A stretch of DNA of 64,000 nt, taken from contig CBDCXR010000004.1 in NCBI GenBank assembly GCA_965223845.1, forward strand, positions 3,136,001-3,200,000, read 5' to 3'. Made by a program: the position numbers and the translations under genes. The notes beneath the pieces were generated by a model that made no database searches, was not told the origin of the DNA, and saw nothing but the letters and a program-made list of their open reading frames with translations. Positions 1 to 9,682 of this stretch are shown here, one piece after another; the first letter of the stretch is position 1; the number at the start of each line of letters is the position of its first letter. Source of the DNA: Planctomycetota bacterium. GTDB taxonomy: Bacteria > Planctomycetota > UBA8108 > SXIK01.

Positions 1-3000
1 AGGTCGATTCCGCCGGTGACCCCGAGCGACAGCACGGGCTCGAAGGTGTACTCGAACTGAAAGTGGGGTTGGTTGCGACTCAGCTGCACGCGGATGTCAT
101 TGAAGAGTGCGGCGCCGAGATTCACGCCGAGCTTCCCCCAGAGCTCGAGGTCGACTCCGAGCACCTTGCCGCTGACGAGAGGACCCTGAAAGAGCGTCCA
201 GTCGAAGTCCTTCTCGAGAATCTTGAAGTTGTTGAGCTCGTAGACGATGTCGAAGTCCGGGCAGAGGAAGAATACCTGTCCCGGAATCTCCGCGTTCGGA
301 TTGATCGACCACTGCTTGTTGACGATGTCGTAGTTGATCAGCTTGAGCGCGAGCACGGCTTTGGCTTCGTCCGCGAACCACTTCTCGTCCTCGAGCCGCA
401 TCCGCGTCGTGGCACGTGCCTCAGCGTGGTTCTCGATGACGAGGTCGGTGACGAGAAGCGGGATCGTGAAGTCGTGCTCCCAGAGAAGCTGTCCCGGGAA
501 GCTGCCTTCAACCGTGTAGCGATGGGACGTCTTGTTGTACGAGATCTCCGTCGTGATCAAAGGAAGGTCGAGGAACGCCGGCTTGGGACAGAAGGAAATC
601 GGCCAGGTTTCCTCCGCTTCCTTGTCGTCCGAGTCTTCCACCCGGATGCGAACGCGCGCCTCGCTGACGTTCGGTACGTCACTCATGTTGAGAGTCGCCT
701 TCCACCACGAGAGTTTCGGGTGGCCGTCGAACATCGTCGCCGATTCGGAGAGGTACACGACGTTGTCGTTCGCGGCGTGAATCACCTCGAATCGCACTTC
801 GGTGATCTCTCCGAAGTTCGACGGCGCGACTTGGGTGTAGAACGTCACGTTGACGTCCGTCGCGATGTTCGGAATGTACTTTTTCTCCGCCGGGATCGGA
901 TCGATTCCGAAGATTCGCGGGGGAACGAGCGCGACGAAGCTGTCGGCGTCGCTCGGCGGAATGCCCGTCCCGAAGGCGCGGAACTCCGTCGAGCTGCCGC
1001 AGGCGTTGTCTTTCACGGTGACGCGCGCCTGAACGAGCTTACCGCGGGGAAACGTGCGGGTGACCTTGTTGCCCGCGGAAACGGCCGGACCGTTGCCGAA
1101 GTCCCAGATGTACTGCGTGATGTGGCCGTCCGAGTCCTCCGCGTCGCAGGCGAACGTCATCGTGATCTCATCATCGTTCGCGCCACCGGCTGCGCCGTCG
1201 CCGCCGATGCCCCCACCACCGCCGTTCGGGAACCCGTTCGCGAGCCAGCCACCGACTCCAGGACCCGTCGTCACTCTTCGAATCTGGTGGATGAGCGGCG
1301 GGATGTTGTCCGAAAGGGGATACACCTGAATGAGCGGATAGGGAGTACAGGGGAACGGGGGCGGCAGCTCCTGGGCGGCGGCGTCCTTCGTGAGGCCGTA
1401 GATCTCGAAGTTGTCACCGCCTCCGTCCACGTAGAAGCCGACCACGTAGTCGCCCTTGACGAGCGGGACGGGAAAGATCGCTTCGGTCCACCGGTTGTGC
1501 GTCGAGACGGGCAGATTGTTGACGTCGATGTTGTCGACGATGATGTCGTACGGCGGCAGGATCGAGCGCAGGCGCGCCTTGAGATCTCCTCCGTACCGGT
1601 AGCGGCTTCCGTGGACGCGGATGCGAACACCGTTTGTCGCGTCTTCGTCGAGCGTGAAGTAGGTCCGGCGCTCGATCGAATCGTCGCCCGTGAGAGGAAG
1701 CAGCTCGTCGGTCGCGATGCCGGTGCCGCCCGTCGGAACGGGCAAGGGACAATCGGTGAATCCGCCGATCGCGCAGCTCACCGAAGGGGCGCGCGCCCCG
1801 AGCGCGTCGACGGCCGGGCCATCGAGCTCGATGGTGAACTCGTGATTCTCGTCTCCACCTCGCGTCAGCTCGTCCCATTCCGACTGGGGAATGATCAGCT
1901 CGCGAGCATCGCCCTCGAGCTCGGCCATCGGCTCGCCGTCGCAGAAGATGCGGACGATGTCCGCGAGGATGACGTGCGACCAGGAGAGCCGAGCGCCGCG
2001 TCCACCCCCGAGGTATTCGCAGTTCACATCCTGAACCGGCGGCAGCTCCGGTGTCACGTAGGTAACGGCCGCTTCCAAAGTCGCCGTCGCATCGCGCGTA
2101 TCCGTGCCGATCGACAGGTCGTACGTGCCCGGATCGCGCGGAGGAAGCGTCACCGTCGCGTGCAGGACTCCGTCCAGTCGGACGCGGTGCGCGCCGGCGA
2201 AGCCGAACACTTCGTACGTACGACTCCGCTCGAGCGGATCCTCGAACACGACGGTCACGCGACCGCCGTCCGTGGGTAGTTCACTCGGGTAAACGTCGAC
2301 GATCTCGATCTCGAGATCGCGGTAGATGATCGCCCCCGGAACTTCGATGAGACTGATCTTGTCGAAATTGAGGCTGAGGGTCGACGTCGGAATCGTACCG
2401 CCGCCCTTGAGCTCCGGCCCGGCGGGAGGGACGCGTCCAACGATCCGGGTCGAATCGATGAACTGCTGGTCCAGGATCGGGCTGTCGCCGAACTTCGCAA
2501 CGAGCTCCGGGGTGAAGTTCTCACCGTCGATGGCGACGAAACTGCCGCCCGACCGCCAGTGCTCGCGCGGATGGACTCGACCGACCTTGACCGCGGGCAG
2601 GTCAGCCACGTACTCGATGGCATCCGGAAGGAACGCCACGCGCGTCAGATCTGCGTAGATGGTGACACCGGCAAGACCGGGCTCGTCTCTGCCCGGCGCG
2701 GTCCCCTCCATGAGGCGCGAGCTCACGACGACGAGATCTTGAATCGGCTGATCGTCCACATGGACGGCCTGACCGTTTTCGAAGCCTTCGCCGACGATTT
2801 GGATGCGGACTCCCCCCGCGAGAGGAACTTGTTCCGGAACGACGTCGACGATCCTGACCCGGGAGCCGGCTCCCACGTACGTCACTCCGTCTTGGAGCGT
2901 GGCGACGAGCCGCTCACCCTCGTAGAGCTCGACGTCGTAATCGCCGGGCTCGTGCGCCGGAACGACGCCCTCGAGCCGCTGACCGGACACGAAGCTCAGC

Positions 3001-3479
3001 TGCGCTACCGGCTCACCACCGATGTGAACCGAGTGATCGGCGATGAATCCATTGCCGAGGATCGCGATCGCCGATCCGCCGGACGCCGAATGTTCGTCGG
3101 GGTCGACGGCCTTGATGACCGCGCTCGACTGCGAGCTGACGTACGTCACCGCATCGCGGATGCGAGCGATGCGCTCGCCGCCGCGGCCGTAGAGCGTGAG
3201 ATCGTAGGTGCCGGGGTCCGCCGCCGGCGCGATGCCGCGGATCGTCGACGCATCGACGACCTTTGCGCTCGTCAGCGGCTGAGCTCCGATCGTTACGTAG
3301 TGGCCGGCGTCGAAGCCCGATCCCGACACCGTCACTTCGGCCCCGCCGGCCGCGTCGAGCTCACTCGGGTCGACCGAGCGAAGGCTCTGCGCCATCGCCG
3401 GACCGGCGTGAGCGAGAACGGCGAGCGTGAGAAGCACGACTCGCCCGCTTGGAAGGAAAGCACGTTCTGGGGTCCCCAT
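1..3479 (-). CDS. Large secreted protein, 3' end outside window: signal peptide, 5 IPT/TIG repeats, Cys-bracketed FN3-like module, PKD domain
   Basis: Absent from the ORF track because the stop lies outside the window. Manual translation from ATG 3479 (AGGAG RBS 8 nt upstream) gives MGTPERAFLPSGRVVLLTLAVLAHAGPAMA, repeats such as SVDPSELDAAGGAEVTVSGSGF, AVDPDEHSASGGSAIAILGNGF and DVVPEQVPLAGGVRIQIVGEGF, and the PKD motif DSDGHITQYIWDFGNG. The + strand ORFs 63..2279 and 2559..3533 are its in-register antisense shadows. Confidence 0.85.
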   Translation of the reverse strand, partial: MGTPERAFLPSGRVVLLTLAVLAHAGPAMAQSLRSVDPSELDAAGGAEVTVSGSGFDAGHYVTIGAQPLTSAKVVDASTIRGIAPAADPGTYDLTLYGRGGERIARIRDAVTYVSSQSSAVIKAVDPDEHSASGGSAIAILGNGFIADHSVHIGGEPVAQLSFVSGQRLEGVVPAHEPGDYDVELYEGERLVATLQDGVTYVGAGSRVRIVDVVPEQVPLAGGVRIQIVGEGFENGQAVHVDDQPIQDLVVVSSRLMEGTAPGRDEPGLAGVTIYADLTRVAFLPDAIEYVADLPAVKVGRVHPREHWRSGGSFVAIDGENFTPELVAKFGDSPILDQQFIDSTRIVGRVPPAGPELKGGGTIPTSTLSLNFDKISLIEVPGAIIYRDLEIEIVDVYPSELPTDGGRVTVVFEDPLERSRTYEVFGFAGAHRVRLDGVLHATVTLPPRDPGTYDLSIGTDTRDATATLEAAVTYVTPELPPVQDVNCEYLGGGRGARLSWSHVILADIVRIFCDGEPMAELEGDARELIIPQSEWDELTRGGDENHEFTIELDGPAVDALGARAPSVSCAIGGFTDCPLPVPTGGTGIATDELLPLTGDDSIERRTYFTLDEDATNGVRIRVHGSRYRYGGDLKARLRSILPPYDIIVDNIDVNNLPVSTHNRWTEAIFPVPLVKGDYVVGFYVDGGGDNFEIYGLTKDAAAQELPPPFPCTPYPLIQVYPLSDNIPPLIHQIRRVTTGPGVGGWLANGFPNGGGGGIGGDGAAGGANDDEITMTFACDAEDSDGHITQYIWDFGNGPAVSAGNKVTRTFPRGKLVQARVTVKDNACGSSTEFRAFGTGIPPSDADSFVALVPPRIFGIDPIPAEKKYIPNIATDVNVTFYTQVAPSNFGEITEVRFEVIHAANDNVVYLSESATMFDGHPKLSWWKATLNMSDVPNVSEARVRIRVEDSDDKEAEETWPISFCPKPAFLDLPLITTEISYNKTSHRYTVEGSFPGQLLWEHDFTIPLLVTDLVIENHAEARATTRMRLEDEKWFADEAKAVLALKLINYDIVNKQWSINPNAEIPGQVFFLCPDFDIVYELNNFKILEKDFDWTLFQGPLVSGKVLGVDLELWGKLGVNLGAALFNDIRVQLSRNQPHFQFEYTFEPVLSLGVTGGID

Positions 3480-3959
3480 AGTTCAACTCCTGTCCCTGAG
3501 GCACGCAGAAAACCTGCCGCTGCGAGCGCCTGAACTCGCTGCCGCTCGGCCCCGGGCCCGCCGAGTTCGCCCTCGGCTCGGGTCCGCGCCAGTCGGGTAC
3601 GCGGAATCGGGGCGGAGAAGTGGATGGGGTTTCTGGAATTTCTCGCCGCGACGGCTTCAGGTGAGGGCGGCGCCGCGATCTCGCCTGAACGCGCGTTCCG
3701 TCGCTTGACTCCTCGGCGCCGGGTCGCTCGCGCGGCGAGCCCAAAGGAATCCGGTGACGACGGCGAGGCGAACGGAGCACACGAGCCACCCGCCCTGAGG
3801 TGCTCCGACCCCGAACGCCGCGAGCAGATCGGGCACCGTCGAGGCCACGCCGAAGTCGACCGCGACGACTAGAGCGGCGAGGAGAAGCGTTCGACGGCGC
3901 GAATCGAACGACAGTTCGGAGGAACGCGTCGGCGCAGCGGGATGCCGTCTAGTTTCGAG

Positions 3960-6900
3960 TCAGAACCCGCATACGGTCGGGCAGTCCTCGATGCGCACGC
4001 AACCCTCCCCCAGTGCCGGCTGCGCGCCATTCGCGAAGAGGTAGTTGAGAAGGGCGACCGCGTCGGCGACGTTCACTCCTTCGTCCCCGTTCACGTCGAG
4101 GAGAAGAGCGCTTCCTCCCGATGCGAGCGGCGCGCCGTCGCAAGGAATCGGTCGCTCCGTCCCGCCGAACAAGTGGAGGAGGAGGGCGAGAGCGTCCGCG
4201 ACATCGAGACGACCGTCCTGATTTCCGTCACCCGGCCGCTGCCAGCCGCTGACTCCGCCGCTGTCTTCCGCCGCTCCCGGCGATCCGCCGATGTCGCCGC
4301 TCGCCGTCCAGCTCGCCGCGTCGGCCCAGCTCGCGGCCGGAGCGGTTTCATCGACGATGACGAGCGAGAACCCCTCTCCGTCCGTCGCCGGTTGCCAAGA
4401 ATCCGCGTATTCGAGCTCGAGGAGGGTCTCGCCGATCGGTCCGACGAGACGGATCGGGTCGGTCCGGTTGCTGAGCTTGCCGTCGTACTCGCCCGCGATC
4501 TGCATCCCGGCGGTGTCGTAGCGCTCCTCGAACGCCGAGAGGTTCCGCACGATGAGCGCGAACTCCCCGGGGCCGAGAAGCGGAACCGCGCTGCCGGCAA
4601 ACGAGAAGCGAACGCCGCCCTCGATGCGGATTCGCGAGAGGTCGAGCGTGTCCGGTCCGACGTTCCGCACCTCGACGAACTCGAAATCGTCGTCCCCGTG
4701 AAGGCTCTCCGGCGGCGGGGCCGGCGGGTGGTACATGAGCTCGGTGATCCGCAGCGGAAACTCGCTCTCGACCACGAAGACCGCTTCGTTGAGCGCACTC
4801 CATTCTCCATCGTCGAGCGTTCGCGCCCGCACTCGCGACGTGTTCGTGAGCGAGATCGGTCCCGTGTAGGTGTCGGCGTCGGGGTCCATCGGATCGCCCC
4901 CGTTCACGGTGTAGACGATGTCCCCCGACGGAACTCCAGTCTCCTCCGTGAGACCGATCAGCTCGGTGATGATCAGCATGTCACTCGACGTCGGACTCGT
5001 GTTGAGTCCGTGGATCGCGAGGAGGTTCTCCCCGACGCGAAGGTGCTCGATCGCGCTGCGCACGTTGTGGTCGACGGGAGACGTCGGGCTCGCCTCGCCA
5101 CCCGTTGTCGAGGCGGAGTTCCAGGCGATCGCGGCTTCGGACGGGGCGTTCGACGACGCGATGCGCTCGCCGTTGAGATAGGCCGCGAAGCCGTCGTCCG
5201 CAACCATGCGGAGAACCAAGTCGTCGAGATTCGCGATCGTCGCTGCGTCGGCGATCGAAAACGGAATCCGAACGTAGACGGACGTGTTGCCGCCACTCAT
5301 CTCGCTCTCGAAATCGATCTCGAGCCAGTTCTCGTAGCCGGAGCCCGTCTCGTAGCCGACTCCGTTTCCGCCGCTCGTCCACGTCTCGCCGCTCGAGCCT
5401 TCGGAGTAGGTTCTCTCACGCCACGCCGTGCCGAGAGAGTCGTCGGCGGGCACGACCGCGCGAATCGCGTCATCTCGCCCGACGAACGTCGTCTCCTCGA
5501 AGCCGAGCACGAGCTCGACCGTCATGGTGAGCGAGTCGCCTTCGTCGACAAAACCGCCGTAGCTTTCATCCCCCTCGAGGTGGAACACCGGGGCGGCGAT
5601 CTCCGGGTAGAGTCCGACGCGACGGAAGCGCTCGAGCGCGATGGGATGGATCCCGTCCCAGTACGTCTCCTGCACGAATTCCTGCTCGGCCAGCCATTCG
5701 ATTTCGCGTTTGTAGGGGACGGATTTCTTCGAATCACCCCACCGCGCGGACTCACCAACGATGGCTCGGTCGATCTCCGTGGCGCGATTCGCCCAGCGCT
5801 CGCGACTCGCTTCGGCGGTCAGCAGCCCATCGCCGAAGAGGTGGCGGTGCACGCGATCACCGAAGTCGCGACGGAAGTTCTCGTTCGCCATGAGGCGGCC
5901 GTAGAGAAACGACGGGGAAGCCGCCGAAATCGGATCTTCGAAGCGCGTTTGAAAGAGCGTGTGCGTCCGGATGAGCGAATCGTTCGAGATCTCTTGGTCC
6001 CAGACGAAAAACTGGTACCCCAGGCTCTCCGGCCCCCGGCGCCGAGCCGCCCACCAGTTGTGATTCGGCCAGTCTTCCGCGCCGGCGTAGATGTGGAGCA
6101 CCATGTAGTCGATGAGGCTGTCGACGTGGAGATAGTTGGGAAAGTCGGGATTCGGAACGCCGTCCGGGTCGTTCCCCTGAATTCTCTGGTAGGCGGAATC
6201 CGGACCGAGCCCTGCGTTCGCGAGCGCGATCATCTCGTCCCACGCCGTTCGCCGCCCCGACTGAAGCTCCGCGAAGTCCTTGATCACGTCGTACTCGTCC
6301 TTGTCACCGCCCAGGTGCTCGGCATTGAACGAGTCGGTCGGGCGCTCGGACGGATTGTAGAGACCCCAGTAGAGTCCGTTGAGAAACAGGTGAACGTAGG
6401 TTCCATGACCAGAGGGACGCCCCATCGCGATCTGCGCATCGCGCATCCACTGATCGCGCATGTAGGTCGCGTGTCGCGCCGCCCAGCGCTGTACACCGAG
6501 AACGGAACCGCCGTCGACCACCGGCCACGAGTCCGTCGACGCACCGCGGAGTAGGATCTGATCGAATCGATCGACGCGCGAGCCATCGAAAAGCGGATAA
6601 CGCAGCTTCGACGGCCCGTAGCGGCTCTTGAAGAGAACGCGGATCGGATGCTTCGGCGTGAAGCCGTGATTGCGACTCGAGTTCCCGTGCATGCGGATTC
6701 CGGCGTTCACTTGAAATCCGTCGCGACCATCGGGCCCATCCTGCCCGGGCGGATAGAAGAGCTCGATCGATGCGAGCCGCTCCCACGCCGGGCCGCGGTT
6801 ACGGGAGTTCGCGTAGATCCCCGTTGAGCCTTCAAAGAGATTCGCGGGATCTGTCGTGACGCTCATCGTCGGAATCGCGAGCAGGGCCTCTTCGAAGCTG

Positions 6901-9545
6901 TACCCGGGGAGAGTCGAGTTCACGACGTCAGGATCCACGCCGTAGTCCGCCGGAAAGCCGGCCCACGAACTCGGAAGACCCGGCGGGTTCGCCGGCTGGC
7001 GGGCGACGTCGCTCAAGAAGATGTACGTGTGCGTGTCGACATTCGTCGGGAGAAACCCGTCCTTGAACGCCGCGGCGCGCAGGTTCGTCGTCGTCGTGAT
7101 CTCGATCGGGCCATCGTAGAGAAGCGCCGTCGGCGCCTCGGGATGCGGCTCCCGCCCGTCGAGCGTGTAGTAGATGTCCGCGCCCGGTGTTTCCGTCGTG
7201 ATCTCGACGAAGAACGGGGCGGAATAGTGCCCACGATCGACGCTGAAGCTCGTGTCGGCGACGAAGTCGATCGCTCCGCTCGTATTCGCCAACCCGGGAG
7301 TCGGTGGCGAGAGGTATCGGTCGACGCCCGAGCTCACGCGAAAGAGCTCGGCGCTGAAGAGGAACTCGCCGTTCGACGGATGGTCGTTGAGCGCCTGAAC
7401 CGCGAAGACGTTGTCGCCGTCCGCGAGACTTCCCGCGTGCGCGGTGAGATCGATCTCCTCCCACCGAAGCGCCGCGCTCACCGAACGATCAATGGTGGAG
7501 CGAGAGTCGAAGTCGAGCGCGGCGGGCGCGTTCCGGCGGGCGACCTCGATGCCGTTTAAATACGCCGCGAAGCCGTCGTCGTAACGAACGCGCAGCTTGA
7601 GCGCATCGAACTCGAAGGGCGGCGTAAGAGCGAACGGGATTCGGACGTACGCCGAGGCGTTCACGCCGCGCATTTCATTCTCGATGTTCGTCGACACGAA
7701 GGGACTGAGCCCTTCCGGCGCGAGCGGAGAGCCGCCGGCGAAGAGCGCAGCGATCTCGTCCTCGTTCAGCACGTCGCTCCAAATCGCGACTTCGTCGATC
7801 CATCCGTGAAAATGATCGGACGCGGCGTCGTTCGAAAAGCCGATATTGACCGCCTGCTGCCAGTCGAAGTCGCTCGAAGACTTGCTGCCCGTCGCGACGA
7901 GCTCCCCGTCGACGTAGATCCGCTGGCCGCCGATCTCCGCACCGACGACGTGGACTAGGTGGTGCCACCGCCCGTCGGCGAAGCTCCGCCCGGAGCTCGA
8001 GATCGTCTCGTTGTTCCAGACCCGCGACGCGATATTGCTCCCGTTCAGGTAGATATGGCGGTCGTGGCCGCCGCCCCCGAGGTCGTTGTCGACGACGGTG
8101 AAGATCCCGCGTCCGGACGACTCCGCTCGAAACCAGAGTGCCATGGAGTAACTCGTCTCCGACACGTCGATGAGCGCGCTCACGTAGGCGCCGTTCCCGT
8201 CGAAGCGAAGCGACTGCCCCCCACCGACGGCGCTCGGGACGACTTCGGCGTACGTCGCACCGCGGAGATCCGCCGAGTGACCCCGCCCGGAGGCGTCGAC
8301 CGTCGTCCGATCGAAGGTCCAGTACGCGAGAAGCTCCGGCCCCCCGTCCCCGACACCCCCGGCACCACCCGCGGCCGGAACGGCCGTCGCCTCGACGGAG
8401 TACGTTCTCTCGAGCACGGATCCCGCGCCGACGTCGAGCCCCGCGGAGAGATTCGGGTACTGACCGAACCAGAGAACGTTCTCTCCGTTGTCTTGGGTGT
8501 ACGCGGGGACGCCCGCGTTGTTCAAACCGTCGCCGCCGTCCTTCCACCCGAAGAAATAGCCGGGTCCGACCGACGCACTGCCCGCCTCGAGCTCGAACGG
8601 AAACCGCTGCGCTCCGCCGCCATCGACACTCGTTCGCGTTCGGCCGACGCCGGAGATCGAATACGTGGCGCCGTTTTCCTCGAAGATAAGCGGCGTGATC
8701 GCGCGGTCGGTGTCGCTGAAGAACGCCCACTCATCGAGCTCGCCCGACCGTGTAAAGGGATGGTCGAGGAGAAGAAAAACGGTTCCACTCGAAGACGTCG
8801 TTCGCGCGCGGGCAACGAGCGGATTTCCGATGATCTCGGGATCTCCCCCGCCTGGGTCTCCCCCGCCGTCCGAACCGAACCCGATCCCGAGCGTCGCGGC
8901 GAACCAACCGGCGCCGGCCGAGTCGTCGAAGGGTTCGTCGCCGCCGAGCCACATCGCTCCGAGCGCACCGTCCGTGGGAATATGAACGCGGACCGCGTCG
9001 CCCTCGGAAAAGAGCGGATCTCCGACGACCTGCTGGCCGATTCCGAACGAGACGTCCGGGCGTTGCGACGGATAGGTAGGCGCGAACTCAGACGCGATCG
9101 TCACACCGTCCGGCTCGACGAGCGCCAGGTAGTCGCCGTCGGCATCGAGACGAAAATTCGTGTGGAGCTCTTCGCCCGTCCGGTCCTTGCCGGAAGCGAA
9201 GACGACCAAGTACGCGCCGGCCTCGAGGACTCGTGAAGGAAACCGCCAGCGGGTGAGGTCCCCCGCCGCGTCGGTGAGATACCAACCGTCGAGGTCGACA
9301 GCGTTCGCACTGACGTTGACGCACTCGATCCAGTCCGACGAGTCGCCGTTTTCGTCGACGATGCCGGTCCCGTTCGAAGCGAGGAACTCGCTGATGATGA
9401 CGTCCTGCGCGACGGTCCACGGGGAGGCGATCAACGTCGCGAAGAACGCGATGATGGCGAATCGGGGGCGCGACCGGGAATCCGCGACCGGACCGGGAGC
9501 CGCCCGCGTCCGCGCCCGGCGATCCATGAAGGCAATGTGAAGCAT
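3960..9545 (-). CDS. Secreted LTD / LamG / chitobiase-FN3-associated / CotH-family kinase / LTD / dockerin-like protein (1861 aa)
   Basis: Signal peptide; LTD VIISEFLASN...DWIE; LamG LLAYWTFD...DGRWHHL...IDEVAIW; IYYTLDGREP; CotH motifs GIRMHGNSS, HLFLNGLYWGLYNPSERP, DWPNHNW, FFVWDQE; second LTD LRITELMYHP; C-terminal PGDGNQDGRLDVAD...DVNGDEGVNVAD. Confidence 0.9.
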   Translation of the reverse strand: MLHIAFMDRRARTRAAPGPVADSRSRPRFAIIAFFATLIASPWTVAQDVIISEFLASNGTGIVDENGDSSDWIECVNVSANAVDLDGWYLTDAAGDLTRWRFPSRVLEAGAYLVVFASGKDRTGEELHTNFRLDADGDYLALVEPDGVTIASEFAPTYPSQRPDVSFGIGQQVVGDPLFSEGDAVRVHIPTDGALGAMWLGGDEPFDDSAGAGWFAATLGIGFGSDGGGDPGGGDPEIIGNPLVARARTTSSSGTVFLLLDHPFTRSGELDEWAFFSDTDRAITPLIFEENGATYSISGVGRTRTSVDGGGAQRFPFELEAGSASVGPGYFFGWKDGGDGLNNAGVPAYTQDNGENVLWFGQYPNLSAGLDVGAGSVLERTYSVEATAVPAAGGAGGVGDGGPELLAYWTFDRTTVDASGRGHSADLRGATYAEVVPSAVGGGQSLRFDGNGAYVSALIDVSETSYSMALWFRAESSGRGIFTVVDNDLGGGGHDRHIYLNGSNIASRVWNNETISSSGRSFADGRWHHLVHVVGAEIGGQRIYVDGELVATGSKSSSDFDWQQAVNIGFSNDAASDHFHGWIDEVAIWSDVLNEDEIAALFAGGSPLAPEGLSPFVSTNIENEMRGVNASAYVRIPFALTPPFEFDALKLRVRYDDGFAAYLNGIEVARRNAPAALDFDSRSTIDRSVSAALRWEEIDLTAHAGSLADGDNVFAVQALNDHPSNGEFLFSAELFRVSSGVDRYLSPPTPGLANTSGAIDFVADTSFSVDRGHYSAPFFVEITTETPGADIYYTLDGREPHPEAPTALLYDGPIEITTTTNLRAAAFKDGFLPTNVDTHTYIFLSDVARQPANPPGLPSSWAGFPADYGVDPDVVNSTLPGYSFEEALLAIPTMSVTTDPANLFEGSTGIYANSRNRGPAWERLASIELFYPPGQDGPDGRDGFQVNAGIRMHGNSSRNHGFTPKHPIRVLFKSRYGPSKLRYPLFDGSRVDRFDQILLRGASTDSWPVVDGGSVLGVQRWAARHATYMRDQWMRDAQIAMGRPSGHGTYVHLFLNGLYWGLYNPSERPTDSFNAEHLGGDKDEYDVIKDFAELQSGRRTAWDEMIALANAGLGPDSAYQRIQGNDPDGVPNPDFPNYLHVDSLIDYMVLHIYAGAEDWPNHNWWAARRRGPESLGYQFFVWDQEISNDSLIRTHTLFQTRFEDPISAASPSFLYGRLMANENFRRDFGDRVHRHLFGDGLLTAEASRERWANRATEIDRAIVGESARWGDSKKSVPYKREIEWLAEQEFVQETYWDGIHPIALERFRRVGLYPEIAAPVFHLEGDESYGGFVDEGDSLTMTVELVLGFEETTFVGRDDAIRAVVPADDSLGTAWRERTYSEGSSGETWTSGGNGVGYETGSGYENWLEIDFESEMSGGNTSVYVRIPFSIADAATIANLDDLVLRMVADDGFAAYLNGERIASSNAPSEAAIAWNSASTTGGEASPTSPVDHNVRSAIEHLRVGENLLAIHGLNTSPTSSDMLIITELIGLTEETGVPSGDIVYTVNGGDPMDPDADTYTGPISLTNTSRVRARTLDDGEWSALNEAVFVVESEFPLRITELMYHPPAPPPESLHGDDDFEFVEVRNVGPDTLDLSRIRIEGGVRFSFAGSAVPLLGPGEFALIVRNLSAFEERYDTAGMQIAGEYDGKLSNRTDPIRLVGPIGETLLELEYADSWQPATDGEGFSLVIVDETAPAASWADAASWTASGDIGGSPGAAEDSGGVSGWQRPGDGNQDGRLDVADALALLLHLFGGTERPIPCDGAPLASGGSALLLDVNGDEGVNVADAVALLNYLFANGAQPALGEGCVRIEDCPTVCGF

Positions 9546-9552
9546 GGATCAG

Positions 9553-9558
9553 AGTTTA
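9553..9558 (-). promoter_or_regulatory. Putative sigma70 -10 element (TAAACT) 7 nt upstream of the ATG at 9545; possibly a leaderless transcript
   Basis: Minus strand reads CGCCGTAAACTCTGATCCATG; no Shine-Dalgarno sequence is visible before the ATG. Confidence 0.3.
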
Positions 9559-9682
9559 CGGCGAACGCGGAACGAGCGGAAGGACGCGACTGCCCGCTTA
9601 AGGGACGGCTCGACCAGAGTCGACCCGACTCCCTCGGCGCGGCCGAACGTACTCCCGGCGTGTACGGGTCCGGTTCAGGTGC

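Noticed and set aside
63-3533. Long + strand ORFs 63..2279 and 2559..3533, and similar ones such as 3942..6554, 14364..16745, 16770..18758, 21580..23238, 23776..25296, 39854..41872
   Set aside because: In-register antisense shadows of genuine genes, caused by high-GC codon bias; Arg/Val/Asp-rich with no motifs.
3657-3959. Hydrophobic minus-strand frame (LLLAALVVAVDFGVASTVPDLLAAFG...) continuing in frame after the stop of the 3960 gene
   Set aside because: No convincing start or RBS before the hydrophobic stretch, and the upstream protein ends naturally at its tag. It may be a small membrane protein or remnant but cannot be supported.
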